Shown: positions 19,504-29,370, counted from the first letter of the stretch. The stretch: 64,000 bases of DNA from Candidatus Omnitrophota bacterium (GCA_041652815.1 JBAZGN010000003.1:65530-129529), one strand, 5' to 3'. Notes: generated by a model not told the origin, from the letters alone. Program-made: numbers and translations.

Positions 19504-20373
19504 ATGTCACTGTATAGGCATGCTGGTTGGTGTTTCATTATGGAAATTTTAGTCCCTGTAATAATTTTGGCAAGTTTAGGTTTACTGTTTGGCGCAGGAC
19601 TCGCTCTTGCCTCTAGGTTTTTGTCAGTTAAAAGCAACCAGCGTCTTGACGCGATACACGGATTACTACCTGGTTCAAATTGTGGCGCTTGCGGAGGAGC
19701 CGGATGTTTTGGTTTCGCAGAGAGCCTGTTAAGCGGTAAGTTGCCACTTCAGGCGTGTAAAGTAAGCACTGAACAAACAAAAGAAAAAATAGCCACGCTA
19801 CTCGGCATAAAATTTGAAAAAACCGTAAAAACTGTTGCAGTTCTCCATTGCAATGGCGGCATAAGAGTAAAGGATAAATTTTTGTACCAGGGACTAGAGG
19901 ATTGCGTAGCTGCAAATTTGGTCTTAGAGGGGCAGAAAGAATGCCGCTTCGGTTGCCTTGGTTTTGGAACCTGTCAAAAAGCTTGTCCATTCGGGGCGAT
20001 AAAAATGACTAACGAACAATTGCCCGAGATTGATAGTACCAAATGCAAGGCGTGCGGTAAATGCGTAAGAGCGTGCCCAAAACATCTTTTTACCTTGATA
20101 CCAATAACGCAAGATATTTACATTGCTTGCAGCTCTCATGACATCGGTAAAAAAACAATCGAAGTTTGCCCTGTTGGCTGTATTGCTTGCGGAATATGCA
20201 CGAAAGTGAATGATTCACCATACTACCTGAAAGATAATCTTTCTCATATAGACTACAAGAAAGTGCTATCCAAGGAACCTCTGGAAGAAGGGCGTAAAAA
20301 ATGCCCTACTAAATGCATATTAGCAAGAAACCAGATAACAGATAACAGAGTACAGAAAACAGAGAAGAAGTAA
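19504..20373 (+). CDS. rnfB: Rnf complex subunit B (polyferredoxin)
   Basis: 289 aa with an N-terminal TM helix and several Cys clusters (CGACGGAGC, CRFGCLGFGTC, CKACGKCVRACP, CIACGICT). The last ~15 codons run into the E2 repeat element. Confidence 0.75.
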   Translation: MSLYRHAGWCFIMEILVPVIILASLGLLFGAGLALASRFLSVKSNQRLDAIHGLLPGSNCGACGGAGCFGFAESLLSGKLPLQACKVSTEQTKEKIATLLGIKFEKTVKTVAVLHCNGGIRVKDKFLYQGLEDCVAANLVLEGQKECRFGCLGFGTCQKACPFGAIKMTNEQLPEIDSTKCKACGKCVRACPKHLFTLIPITQDIYIACSSHDIGKKTIEVCPVGCIACGICTKVNDSPYYLKDNLSHIDYKKVLSKEPLEEGRKKCPTKCILARNQITDNRVQKTEKK

Positions 20374-20398
20374 AAAAATATCTGTAATCTGTGCTCTA
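20333..20398. repeat. ACAGA-heptad repeat element, copy E2
   Basis: The sequence is cagataACAGAtaACAGAgtACAGAaaACAGAgaag ... aTCTGTaaTCTGTgctct. It is near-identical to E1 in the left arm and overlaps the rnfB 3' end. Confidence 0.6.
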
Positions 20399-20419
20399 AC
20401 CGAGCGAAGCGAGGTTAAC

Positions 20420-21025
20420 ATGAATATAGCAATTTTAGCTTCAGGAAACGGAAGTAACTTTGAGGCGATAGTGAAAGCCGCAAAACGCGGTTACATTAAA
20501 GCCTTTATCAAGGTTCTAATTACCGACAAAAGCAATGCATATGTTCGGCAGCGTGCCAAACGCAACAAAATAAAAGATATACTTATCGACCCTTCAAAAT
20601 TTAAATCCAGGCTTGAGTTTGACGAAGAAGTGATTAAGGTCTTAGAAAAAGAAAAAATAGACTTGGTTGTTTTGGCCGGATTTATGCGGATACTTTCTGC
20701 GAAATTTGTAAAAAGGTTCAAAAACAGAATTCTTAATATTCATCCGGCGCTACTGCCTGCTTTTAAGGGAGAGAATGCTATTCGCAGAGCGTTACAACAT
20801 AACTGCAAGGTAACCGGTGTTACTGTTCATTTCGTAGACGAAAAAGTAGATAACGGGCCGATAATATTACAACAAGCCATAGAAATAAAAAGAGGTGAAA
20901 CGCTCGAAAGGCTTGAAGAAAGAATACACAATCTGGAACACAAATTATACCCCTTAGCTGTTAAACTCTTCACGGAAAGACGTATCAAAATAAAAAATAG
21001 AAATGTGGAAATTGAGCCCTTGTAG
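20420..21025 (+). CDS. purN: Phosphoribosylglycinamide formyltransferase
   Basis: 201 aa with an N-terminal ILASGNGSN stretch and the catalytic stretch NIHPALLPAFKG. Confidence 0.85.
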   Translation: MNIAILASGNGSNFEAIVKAAKRGYIKAFIKVLITDKSNAYVRQRAKRNKIKDILIDPSKFKSRLEFDEEVIKVLEKEKIDLVVLAGFMRILSAKFVKRFKNRILNIHPALLPAFKGENAIRRALQHNCKVTGVTVHFVDEKVDNGPIILQQAIEIKRGETLERLEERIHNLEHKLYPLAVKLFTERRIKIKNRNVEIEPL

Positions 21026-21115
21026 TGTTTTATTTCAAAAGGGCTCATCCTGAATAAGCGAAGCAAGTTAAGGATCTCAATAAAAATAAAAACCCAATAT
21101 TACTTTAGCACAAAA

Positions 21116-21556
21116 ATGCATCTAAGAATTTCACTTTTTCGTTTCATAATTCTTATTTTTTTAAGCACTGCAGCTTACGCACAAACTCCTTCAATAATAG
21201 AAGCTTCAGTCAATAAACATAAAATTACAACCGGTGAAATTTTTACCTATACGTTAAAAATTGAAGGGGAGTTTCTTTCGCCAAAATTAACTATACCTAA
21301 ATTTGATAATTTTACAATTGCCTCTCAAGGCCAGCAAAGACAATACACCTCGAAAGGAAACAGAACAACTTTAACAATAAAAATAACTTACCATCTTTTT
21401 GCCCCAAATCCCGGAAGCTTTACGATAGAAGGCGCGAATGTAGCGGATAAAAACAAAAGAATAGAGGCGAAACCGATAGCTATTGAGGTGACTGGCAAAC
21501 CCCTTAAAGAAAAAATTAAAGTAGCTCCTCACATCGAGAGAGGAATAGACATATAA
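21116..21556 (+). CDS. Secreted hypothetical protein, BatD N-terminal-domain-like
   Basis: 146 aa with a signal peptide ending in AYAQ and a beta-rich domain resembling the N-terminal domain of BatD (oxygen-tolerance protein). Confidence 0.35.
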   Translation: MHLRISLFRFIILIFLSTAAYAQTPSIIEASVNKHKITTGEIFTYTLKIEGEFLSPKLTIPKFDNFTIASQGQQRQYTSKGNRTTLTIKITYHLFAPNPGSFTIEGANVADKNKRIEAKPIAIEVTGKPLKEKIKVAPHIERGIDI

Positions 21557-21682
21557 TTCCAACATTTCAGTTACGGTTAGGGTAACGCCCTTCGACGCAT
21601 TTCATTTGCTCAGGGCGTCCTGAGCCTGTCGAAGGACGAAGCCCATATCGGTTATGTCTATCGGTAACGTCCATGAAAATAA

Positions 21683-21800
21683 ATAACCAAGATCCAATAA
21701 ACAATAACCAAACAATATCCAAACAATATCCAATAACCAAATCTCAATAACCAAACATTATCGTTTGGTTATTGGTCATTGGAATTTGGAATTTGTTTGG
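21683..21800. repeat. AT-rich degenerate tandem/inverted repeat block (CCAATAACCAA units and their complement) in a convergent intergenic region
   Basis: The sequence ccaaacaatatCCAAACAATATCCAATAACCAAatctCAATAACCAAAC-attatc-GTTTGGTTATTG contains a 12-bp stem. It also carries GGAATTT x2 and CCGTCAATT...AATTTGACGG. Confidence 0.5.
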
Positions 21801-21871
21801 AGCTTGCCCGTCAATTTCAAGGAATTTGACGGATATCTTGGTTATTGGTTATTTTATTCGTATCTCTGATA

Positions 21872-22687
21872 CTATTTATCTTCCATTAACGCTTTGCGGG
21901 TATAAAAGCGGGATTTTTTATTAAAGACATCATTGATTGTAACTTCGCTTATTTCCACAGGATGCTCATAGATTTTTAAAATCTTCTTGGTAACGGCTAT
22001 TGTTTCATCGAACGGGTATGGTAAACCTTCCTTGTATTTTTTTATCATAATATCGAAATTTATTTCCAGTTTACCGTTATAATATTTGGTATGTAAATCA
22101 TTTATTTTAAAATTGTCTTTCAATCCCTCTTCGGTAAATTTCTTTTCCACGTTTTGCTTTATAAGATACGAAATGAATTCTCCCAAATTTATGTCGTACC
22201 GCGAAATATGATCACCTTGAGTATCGCCGAGGGCCTTGGTGTTGACGGCGTTAATGAAAGCTTCCCGCTCCTGAAAATTACCAAGGGAAATATAGCCAGT
22301 TTCAAACATAACTAAATCCCTTATGTACCAAACATAATATATATCAAAGCCTGAGGTTATATCCGAGGCTACAAAGCAGTAGAATTTCGGGCGCTTGTCC
22401 ATACTTAATATTACGCGCCGAAGAGACAGAAATATTTTACGTATTTTATCAGATACGTCTTTTTCTAATTCACCCCTCTTATCTACAATTTTTTCAAACG
22501 GAGAATAAACCCAAATAGTATCGCCAACCTCCCAGACCTTAACATCAATATTGAATTCTTTTTGACAGAGATTTTTTATGGCTGCTTCAACGTCCTTACG
22601 GGAATAAGTCGGCGGCGTAGGAGAACAGGAAACAGAAAAAGTAATACAATAAATCAAGATACACGTAATAAATTTTCTTTTAGTCAT
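21872..22687 (-). CDS. Lipoprotein of unknown function (co-transcribed downstream of the tandem FtsH)
   Basis: 271 aa with a lipobox-like signal (ILIYCITFSVSC). No motif was recognised. Confidence 0.5.
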   Translation of the reverse strand: MTKRKFITCILIYCITFSVSCSPTPPTYSRKDVEAAIKNLCQKEFNIDVKVWEVGDTIWVYSPFEKIVDKRGELEKDVSDKIRKIFLSLRRVILSMDKRPKFYCFVASDITSGFDIYYVWYIRDLVMFETGYISLGNFQEREAFINAVNTKALGDTQGDHISRYDINLGEFISYLIKQNVEKKFTEEGLKDNFKINDLHTKYYNGKLEINFDIMIKKYKEGLPYPFDETIAVTKKILKIYEHPVEISEVTINDVFNKKSRFYTRKALMEDK

Positions 22688-22723
22688 TCTAGAATAATTA
22701 TAATTGGATTAAAATTGATGGTT

Positions 22724-25700
22724 TTAAATTTGATTTTCAGAGTCAGGAGATTTTGTGGGTTTATTTTTCGCATATTTCTTAAAAATTTCTTCTAATTCAG
22801 GATAGGAGAGTTCTTCTTTTTGTAATAATTGTTCTGCGATATATTCAAGAAGTTCTGATTCACGTTTTAACATATCTTCTGTTTGTTTAAGGCATTCCCG
22901 CAGTATATCCTGCGTTTCCGAATCAAGCTTTGACCGCATCTCTTCGGATAAGAACGGTTCTTTTTGCTGATTGCTAAAGCTTAACGCTTCCTGGAAATTT
23001 CCAATATACCCTGATGCGCCCATACCTACCTGCCACACCATGAAATGAGCGGTCCTTAAAGCGTTCTCAAAGTCAGCGGTAACGCCCGCGGTGGTAGTTC
23101 CAAATTTTAATTTCTCAGCAACATAACCAGCCAATGCACTGCGTATCCTGCCTAATAATTCTTCTTTAGTTCCATTCGAGATGTCGCCTTCGGAAGCATA
23201 CCACGCTACCCCTAAAGTACCGGTACGCGGGACAATGGAAACTTTAAACGGAAACCTTCCTTTTGCATAATACTGGGCAACACAATGTCCCGCCTCATGG
23301 TATGCAGTAAATTTAAGTGTTTCTTTGGTCTGTGTTAATTTTCGTTTAAGGCCCAGTGAAATTCTTTCCCGGGCTTCATCAAATTCCTTAAGCTCCATTG
23401 ATTCTTTCTTGTTTCTCACAGCGATAAGAGCCGCCTCCCTGACAAGGTTAGCAATATCAGCAGGAGACCACCCATGAGTAATACCTGCGAGTTTTTCAGG
23501 ATTTATCTCTTGAGGATTATATTTGACTTTAGCAAGATAATAATTAAATAGTTTTTTCCGGTCTTCATACGTAGGTAAATCCACATGTATTTTCCTATCA
23601 AACCTCCCTGGCCTAAGTAACGCCGGATCCATAAATTCTTCTTTCATGTTGGTTGCGCCAATAACTACTATATTATACTGCTCTTCCTTTTCCTTAAAGT
23701 TATCCATCTCTGCCAATAGTTGATTAAGTGTTTGATTATATTCCCTGTCGCCGCCGCTATGAGTATCGCCGCGTTTACCACCCACAGCATCAATCTCGTC
23801 GATAAAAATGATACAACCGCCTTTTGATAAAGCCAGTTCCTTAGCTTCCTGGAAAAGATGCCTAACGCGGCTGGCTCCTACGCCAACATACATTTCCACA
23901 AACTCAGAGCCAACCCTGTTTAAAAAAGGTACGCCCGCCTCATTAGCCATAGCGCTTGCAAGATAAGTTTTGCCACAACCAGGAGGGCCAAACATAAGTA
24001 ATCCACGAATAATTCTTCCACCTACCTGCTGTAAATGCGCTCTATCCTTTATGAGACTTACAATCTCTTTTGCTTCTTCTTTTGTCTCTTCCATTCCAAT
24101 TACATCATCCCAGCCAATTTCTTTTTTGCCTTTTTCCTTTTCTTTTTCTATTACCCTGGTTTTTCCAAAACTCTTGAATATATCTTCTATCGCATCATAA
24201 TCCAATTCGTCTTTCGTCAAAAGATCTGTAGCTATTTTCTCAAAAATCGGCAGTTCTTTTCTCATCATTTCATTTACTTCATTCAGACAAGCAGTGATTA
24301 TGTCGTCTTTATCTCTTTCTGCTACACCATATGCACCAAAACGGCTATCAGTAACCGATGTCGCACCGGAAGTGCCCATTCCCCATAAGGTAACCATCTT
24401 CTCTGCTAATTCGTTCGCGCGTTTTAAATCATCGCTTACCCCGCTTGAAGTGATTCCAAATTTTACTTTTTCAGCGCAATATCCGGCCAAAAGTATTTTT
24501 ATTTCTGCTAAAAGGTCTCCTTTGTCAGGAATAAATGATTCTTCTTTCTTTATCATCCATGTAGCACCACCATGGCTTTTGCGCGGAACAATACTTGCCT
24601 TAAAAACATCCTTTGTGGGCACCAGAAGATAAGTAACTATTACATGGCCTGCTTCGTGGTATGCTGCAATTTTTTTATCTTTTTCACTCATTTTAATATT
24701 AAGCCTTATGCCCATAGCTATTTTTTCTCTAGCCTCTTGAAGATCTACCATAGAAATCACATATTTTTTCCGACGTGCAGCAATAAGCGAAGCTTCCTTT
24801 ACAATATTTGCTATGTCTGCCGGACTGTTACCAACAGTGAGACGCGCCAGGCGGCCGACATGTATGTTTTGGCGGTCGTATTCTGTTTTATTAAGATAAA
24901 ATCTAAATAAATCTTCTCGGTCTTCAAGGCTTGGCAAACCTATGGATATTTTTCTGTCAAATCTGCCTGCCCGCATAAGCGCTGGCTCAAGCTCGTCTTC
25001 GCCAACATTTGTTGCAGCAATAACCACTATGTTATGCTCTTTTTGCCTAAGCCCATCCATTTCCGCGAGAAGCTGGTTGACTGCCATATTATAGCTTTCC
25101 GAGCCACCCAAACCAACGCCAGCTCGACGCGGACGAGCCACAGAATCTATCTCATCAATAAAAATAATACAACCGCCATGAAGCTCGGCTAAGGTACGCG
25201 CGGCATTAAACAATTTACCAATTTTTTTAGCGCCTAAACCCACAAAAATTCCTTCAAGCTCACTTCCTAAAACTGAAAGAAACGGCATATCACACTCTGT
25301 AGCTATAGCTTTAGCAAGATAAGTTTTGCCTACGCCAGGGCTACCGACAAATAAAACACCCTTTATAATTTGTCCGCTCATCTTTTCTAAACGCGCCCGT
25401 TCTCGTATTAATTCAACAACCTCCCAAGCTTCACGTTTTGCTTCTTTCAATCCAATAACATCTTTCCATGCCACACCAACATCCCCACCTTTAATTGCCT
25501 TCGTTGATATCTTGGATAGATCCTTCATTCCGCCGCCGCGATACATCATTGTTACGAACAAGTAGACATAAACAGCGCCAGTGATTATGCCTCCTACTAT
25601 ATATAAATAGAACTGGACCCCCATACTAGCCTTCATCTGTTCTTTGTAGAACGATTCCATCTTTACGTATGATTTTATGCTGGAAAGAATAACGAACACG

Positions 25701-25789
25701 AAAGAAACAGCAAGAATTACGAGGGTGGTGATAACGAGGATTCTAACCCAATATAATCGCCAAAATATTTTTAATTTTTTCGAACCCAT
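22724..25789 (-). CDS. ftsH: Tandemly duplicated FtsH-like protease: two complete AAA+ ATPase/M41 zinc-metalloprotease modules in one membrane-anchored polypeptide
   Basis: A 1021-aa continuous ORF has two N-terminal TM helices with a loop of only ~20 aa, so no periplasmic domain. Module 1 has GSPGVGKT (Walker A), IIFIDEID (Walker B), pore loop FVGLGA, arginine finger RAGRFDR and zinc site HEAGH. Module 2 has [29 protein letters not shown] and a second HEAGH. Confidence 0.8.
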   Translation of the reverse strand: MGSKKLKIFWRLYWVRILVITTLVILAVSFVFVILSSIKSYVKMESFYKEQMKASMGVQFYLYIVGGIITGAVYVYLFVTMMYRGGGMKDLSKISTKAIKGGDVGVAWKDVIGLKEAKREAWEVVELIRERARLEKMSGQIIKGVLFVGSPGVGKTYLAKAIATECDMPFLSVLGSELEGIFVGLGAKKIGKLFNAARTLAELHGGCIIFIDEIDSVARPRRAGVGLGGSESYNMAVNQLLAEMDGLRQKEHNIVVIAATNVGEDELEPALMRAGRFDRKISIGLPSLEDREDLFRFYLNKTEYDRQNIHVGRLARLTVGNSPADIANIVKEASLIAARRKKYVISMVDLQEAREKIAMGIRLNIKMSEKDKKIAAYHEAGHVIVTYLLVPTKDVFKASIVPRKSHGGATWMIKKEESFIPDKGDLLAEIKILLAGYCAEKVKFGITSSGVSDDLKRANELAEKMVTLWGMGTSGATSVTDSRFGAYGVAERDKDDIITACLNEVNEMMRKELPIFEKIATDLLTKDELDYDAIEDIFKSFGKTRVIEKEKEKGKKEIGWDDVIGMEETKEEAKEIVSLIKDRAHLQQVGGRIIRGLLMFGPPGCGKTYLASAMANEAGVPFLNRVGSEFVEMYVGVGASRVRHLFQEAKELALSKGGCIIFIDEIDAVGGKRGDTHSGGDREYNQTLNQLLAEMDNFKEKEEQYNIVVIGATNMKEEFMDPALLRPGRFDRKIHVDLPTYEDRKKLFNYYLAKVKYNPQEINPEKLAGITHGWSPADIANLVREAALIAVRNKKESMELKEFDEARERISLGLKRKLTQTKETLKFTAYHEAGHCVAQYYAKGRFPFKVSIVPRTGTLGVAWYASEGDISNGTKEELLGRIRSALAGYVAEKLKFGTTTAGVTADFENALRTAHFMVWQVGMGASGYIGNFQEALSFSNQQKEPFLSEEMRSKLDSETQDILRECLKQTEDMLKRESELLEYIAEQLLQKEELSYPELEEIFKKYAKNKPTKSPDSENQI

Positions 25790-25892
25790 AATGTTACCTT
25801 TCGTTAAAGAGTATCATATAAGTTTTATCTTGTCAAAAAGAGATGTTACTTTTTCTAAACAACAATAGAAAAACTTTGTATAACTTTTAGTA

Positions 25893-25921
25893 ATTATACC
25901 ATACTTATTAACGTTTTGCAA
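25893..25921 (-). promoter_or_regulatory. Putative sigma70 promoter for the tandem-FtsH operon (minus strand: TTGCAA-N17-TATAAT)
   Basis: The reverse complement reads TTGCAAaacgttaataagtatggTATAAT. The ftsH ATG lies about 100 nt downstream (25789). Confidence 0.5.
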
Positions 25922-25943
25922 AGGCGATAGAACAAGGAAAATA

Positions 25944-25971
25944 TTGATTTTATTAAAAAAGATAATATAAT
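25944..25971 (+). promoter_or_regulatory. Putative sigma70 promoter of purU (TTGATT-N16-TATAAT)
   Basis: TTGATT at 25944-25949 and TATAAT at 25966-25971. The purU ATG is at 25982, which implies a very short or absent leader. Confidence 0.45.
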
Positions 25972-25981
25972 TAGTACTTAT

Positions 25982-26833
25982 ATGCTAACTGCTATATTAT
26001 TAATTTCTTGTCCGGATAAGAAGGGCATCACTGCCCAGGTTTCCAATTTTATTTATACAAATAACGGTAATATTGAGCATGCCGACCAGCATATCGATAG
26101 CCAGACAAACACTTTCTTTATGCGCATAGAATGGTCATTGAAGAATTTTGACATCAAAAAAGAAAATATCACAAAAGAATTTTCCACCTTGGCCAAAAAG
26201 TTTAACATGCATTATTCGTTAAGCTTTAACGAAAGTATCCAGCGTGTTGCTATTTTTGCCTCACGCAATTTGCATTGTTTGCACGATCTTCTGCTGCGCC
26301 ACGCCGAAGGCCAATTACATTGTGAGATACCACTTGTAATTAGCAACCACTATACTGCGGAAAAAATCGTAAAAGGTTTTGGCATAAAATTTTTCGAATT
26401 TCCAATTACCAAGAAAAACAAATCCCAAGCCGAAGATAAAACTGCCAAGCTGCTTGTCAAAGAAAAAATAGATTTAATTGTTTTAGCCAGGTATGGCCAG
26501 ATACTTACCAGGAAATTTTTGGATAAATTCCCTGGTCGCATAATAAATATACATCATTCGTTTTTGCCGGCATTCATAGGAGAAGATCCCTATGGCCAGG
26601 CTTACAGAAGAGGGGTAAAGATAATAGGGGCAACCAGCCATTACGTAACCGAGGAACTGGATGCCGGGCCAATAATTGAACAAGACACTGTAAGGATAAA
26701 TCACAGAGATACGATAGACGATTTAAAAATTAAAGGCCAGGATTTAGAAAAAATTGTTTTAAGCCGGGCTGTACGCTGGCATTTGGAAAGAAAAATACTG
26801 GTATACAACAACAAAACTGTTGTTTTTGATTGA
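25982..26833 (+). CDS. purU: Formyltetrahydrofolate deformylase
   Basis: 283 aa with an N-terminal ACT domain (LLISCPDKKGITAQVSNFIY) followed by a formyltransferase domain (NIHHSFLPAFIG). Confidence 0.85.
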   Translation: MLTAILLISCPDKKGITAQVSNFIYTNNGNIEHADQHIDSQTNTFFMRIEWSLKNFDIKKENITKEFSTLAKKFNMHYSLSFNESIQRVAIFASRNLHCLHDLLLRHAEGQLHCEIPLVISNHYTAEKIVKGFGIKFFEFPITKKNKSQAEDKTAKLLVKEKIDLIVLARYGQILTRKFLDKFPGRIINIHHSFLPAFIGEDPYGQAYRRGVKIIGATSHYVTEELDAGPIIEQDTVRINHRDTIDDLKIKGQDLEKIVLSRAVRWHLERKILVYNNKTVVFD

Positions 26834-27008
26834 CGAGACCTGCCTCGATGGAGTCGAAACTTAATCGGATTATACCCGACGATAGGCCTTAAAAGGTAAA
26901 GGTCAAACCGCATATAAACACTCAAGTTTTGTTTGCATTAACATTTAAAATATGATAAAGTATATGTCTTTTCGGCAGCGGTAGAATTTATTAAACAAGG
27001 GAGAAAAA

Positions 27009-28301
27009 ATGATTAATCTAAAAAAATGTGTTGTATCGTTTTTATCTATAATTATTCTGCTTGGCGGCTGCGGCCCTCAAAAACCTAAAGAAAATAAAAT
27101 CGTCATCTGGCACTGGCTAAATGACCGCAAAGAAGCCCTCAATAAGCTTGCCGCTGACTATAAAACAAAAACGGGGGTTGAGGTTGAATTCAAATTGTTT
27201 TCTCCGGCTGATATATATTCACAAAAGGTCATCGCTGCGGCGCGCGCCGGAAACCTGCCTGATATTTTTGGCATTTTAGGCGAAAAACGTACGCTTGGTT
27301 CATTCATCAAAGCCGGGCACATCTTAAACCTAACGCCTTACATGCAAGCAAACCAAGCAGAATGGAAACAAAGATTTTATCCTAAAACCATAGAAGTTGT
27401 TACATTCAAATCCGATAATAGCTTTAAGGTTCCGGAAGGAATATATGGCGCCCCGATAGATACAACAATCATAAATTTTGTATATAACAAATCGCTGTTT
27501 AAGGAAGCTGGCCTAAACCCGGAAAACCCGCCCAAGACTTTCAACGAATTTATAGATTTCGCTAAAACGATAAAAACAAAGAAAAATGTAAACGGATTTG
27601 TATGCGGTTGGGGAGAGGGCTGGCTTCTTGATTGTCTTGCCACTGAATGGGCTATAAATCTAATGGGGGAAGATAAGTTTTTTAAAACAATAAAAGGTGA
27701 AGTGCCCTACACAGATAAAAATTGGATAGAAGTTTTTTCGTACTTTGCCAAAATGCGTGATAGCGGCGTGCTTGCTCCAAATATAACGACAACGATAAAC
27801 AAAGAGTCCGAAGATTCCTTCTCTAAGGGAAATGCCGCCTTTTCGTTTAACGGAAGCTGGGCAGTCAATGTTTATAAGCAGCTTGGCGGGGATTTAGATT
27901 ATGGTTTTTTTCCGCTTCCAAAAATTTCTCAAAATTTTCCCGCTAAAGTATGGGGTGGAGCCGGCACATCGTTTATGGTAAACGCACATAGCGCCAACCG
28001 TGAGGAAGCAGTTAAATTCTTAAACTGGATTACCGAAAAACAGCAACAGGATTTTCTCGTAAAAGAAACCAATAATTTGCCTGCCATAAAAACAAGTGAA
28101 GAGGCACTTTCTCCTATATTAAAAACACTCCTTGGAAGCTTAACGATATTAACTCATCCAAATACATGGCCCTACAATGAAGATTCAAGGGTAATAGAAG
28201 TTATGGATAAAGGGCTACAGCAGATTGTTATGGGCTTAAAAACACCGGAAGAAGTTGCAAAAGATATCCAAGAAGTTAAAAATCGCGTTATGAGCAAATA
28301 A
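27009..28301 (+). CDS. ABC transporter substrate-binding protein (carbohydrate family)
   Basis: 430 aa with a lipoprotein signal (LLGGCG). Its size and composition fit a family-1 sugar-binding protein, and it precedes two permease genes. Confidence 0.7.
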   Translation: MINLKKCVVSFLSIIILLGGCGPQKPKENKIVIWHWLNDRKEALNKLAADYKTKTGVEVEFKLFSPADIYSQKVIAAARAGNLPDIFGILGEKRTLGSFIKAGHILNLTPYMQANQAEWKQRFYPKTIEVVTFKSDNSFKVPEGIYGAPIDTTIINFVYNKSLFKEAGLNPENPPKTFNEFIDFAKTIKTKKNVNGFVCGWGEGWLLDCLATEWAINLMGEDKFFKTIKGEVPYTDKNWIEVFSYFAKMRDSGVLAPNITTTINKESEDSFSKGNAAFSFNGSWAVNVYKQLGGDLDYGFFPLPKISQNFPAKVWGGAGTSFMVNAHSANREEAVKFLNWITEKQQQDFLVKETNNLPAIKTSEEALSPILKTLLGSLTILTHPNTWPYNEDSRVIEVMDKGLQQIVMGLKTPEEVAKDIQEVKNRVMSK

Positions 28302-28330
28302 GTGCATGGTAGCTAAATTTAGCTTACAGC

Positions 28331-29230
28331 ATGAATAGCAACAACAATACATTTACCGACCAGTTTAAAAACTTTTCTTTTGTCCTGCCGGCATTTTTGA
28401 TTTTTTCTGTTTTTTATATTTACCCATTTATCTATACCTTTATTTTAAGTTTTCACCGCGGAGACGCTATATCCAGCCTTGAATTCGTAGGATGGGCAAA
28501 TTTTAAAGAAATCCTTTTTTACGATCGTGACTGGTGGCGTTCAATGTATAACGGCGGGTTTATTACTTTCTGGGCATTTACTTTTCAAAACATACTTGCA
28601 TTTTGCCTGGCACTTGGTGTAGACAGGGCAACACGGACAGGAAAAATATACCGCGTAATATTTTTTATATTGCCGGTGCTTTCAGAAATCATCATCGGAC
28701 TGCTCATGCGGGAAATTCTCATCTCTAATCCAGGGATTTTAAACCAGTGGCTTAAAAATATTGGCTTGGGGTTTATCGCTAACGATTGGCTTGGCAATAA
28801 TAAAGTATTGCTTACAACCGCCCTTGTCCATTGCTGGAAAGGATTTGGCTGGGCTTTCGTAATTTTACTTGCGGGGCTACAAACAATACCGGAACAGCTT
28901 TACGAAGCAGCGCGAATTGATGGCGCAAACGCATGGCAAACTTTTCGTAAAGTCACGCTGCCGCTTTTAACTCCGGTAATTACCATGGTTCTTGTGCTTA
29001 CAATTTTAGGCACAATGCAGGCATTTGCAATGATTCTTGCTTTAACCAGAGGCGCGGGCGGGCTTACAGAAGTGCCGGTAATGAGAATTTACAACCATTT
29101 ACGCGGCAATCAAGTAGGGCTTGCTTGCGCAGAAGGTGTAGTTCTTGGAATTATACTCATAACTTTTTCATTTGTAATGTTAGACGTTTCAAAAAGAGTA
29201 CGCAGGCGCTGGGGTGTGCTACCAACATAG
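28331..29230 (+). CDS. ABC sugar transporter permease (MalF/UgpA-like)
   Basis: 299 aa with 6 TM helices and the EAA-like loop EAARIDGANAWQTFRKVTLP. Confidence 0.8.
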   Translation: MNSNNNTFTDQFKNFSFVLPAFLIFSVFYIYPFIYTFILSFHRGDAISSLEFVGWANFKEILFYDRDWWRSMYNGGFITFWAFTFQNILAFCLALGVDRATRTGKIYRVIFFILPVLSEIIIGLLMREILISNPGILNQWLKNIGLGFIANDWLGNNKVLLTTALVHCWKGFGWAFVILLAGLQTIPEQLYEAARIDGANAWQTFRKVTLPLLTPVITMVLVLTILGTMQAFAMILALTRGAGGLTEVPVMRIYNHLRGNQVGLACAEGVVLGIILITFSFVMLDVSKRVRRRWGVLPT

Positions 29231-29235
29231 TAACA

Positions 29236-29370
29236 TGAATGAAGCTCTAAACCCTAAACTCGAAACCCTAAACAAACTACAAACAAGAAACCATAAACTC
29301 GAAACGTTTAGAGCTTGTGATTTATAGTTTCGAGTTTGTTTAGGGTTTCGGATTTAGAGTTTTAAAATAT
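29236..29370. repeat. Long composite inverted repeat between the two permease genes (units AACCCTAAAC / CTCGAAAC and their complements)
   Basis: GAAGCTCTAAAC at 29241-29252 pairs with GTTTAGAGCTTG at 29306-29317. A second arm (TAGTTTCGAGTTTGTTTAGGGTTTCGGATTTAGAG) is complementary to AAACCCTAAACTCGAAACCCTAAAC. Confidence 0.55.

Noticed and set aside
21683-21800. CCAATAACCAA-type tandem repeats, considered as a possible CRISPR array
   Set aside because: The units are only ~11 bp and degenerate. There are no unique spacers, no leader and no cas genes. The block is better explained as an AT-rich hairpin or terminator region between convergent genes.
23970-24910. Several + strand ORFs (76-117 aa) antisense to the tandem ftsH gene
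   Set aside because: They are low-complexity, Phe/Ser/Ile-rich translations of the antisense strand of a strongly supported CDS, which is typical AT-rich antisense noise.
29241-29275. AACCCTAAAC repeats resembling a telomeric (TTTAGGG)n complement
   Set aside because: There are only two units, embedded in a larger inverted repeat inside a bacterial ABC transporter operon. This is a coincidental sequence resemblance.
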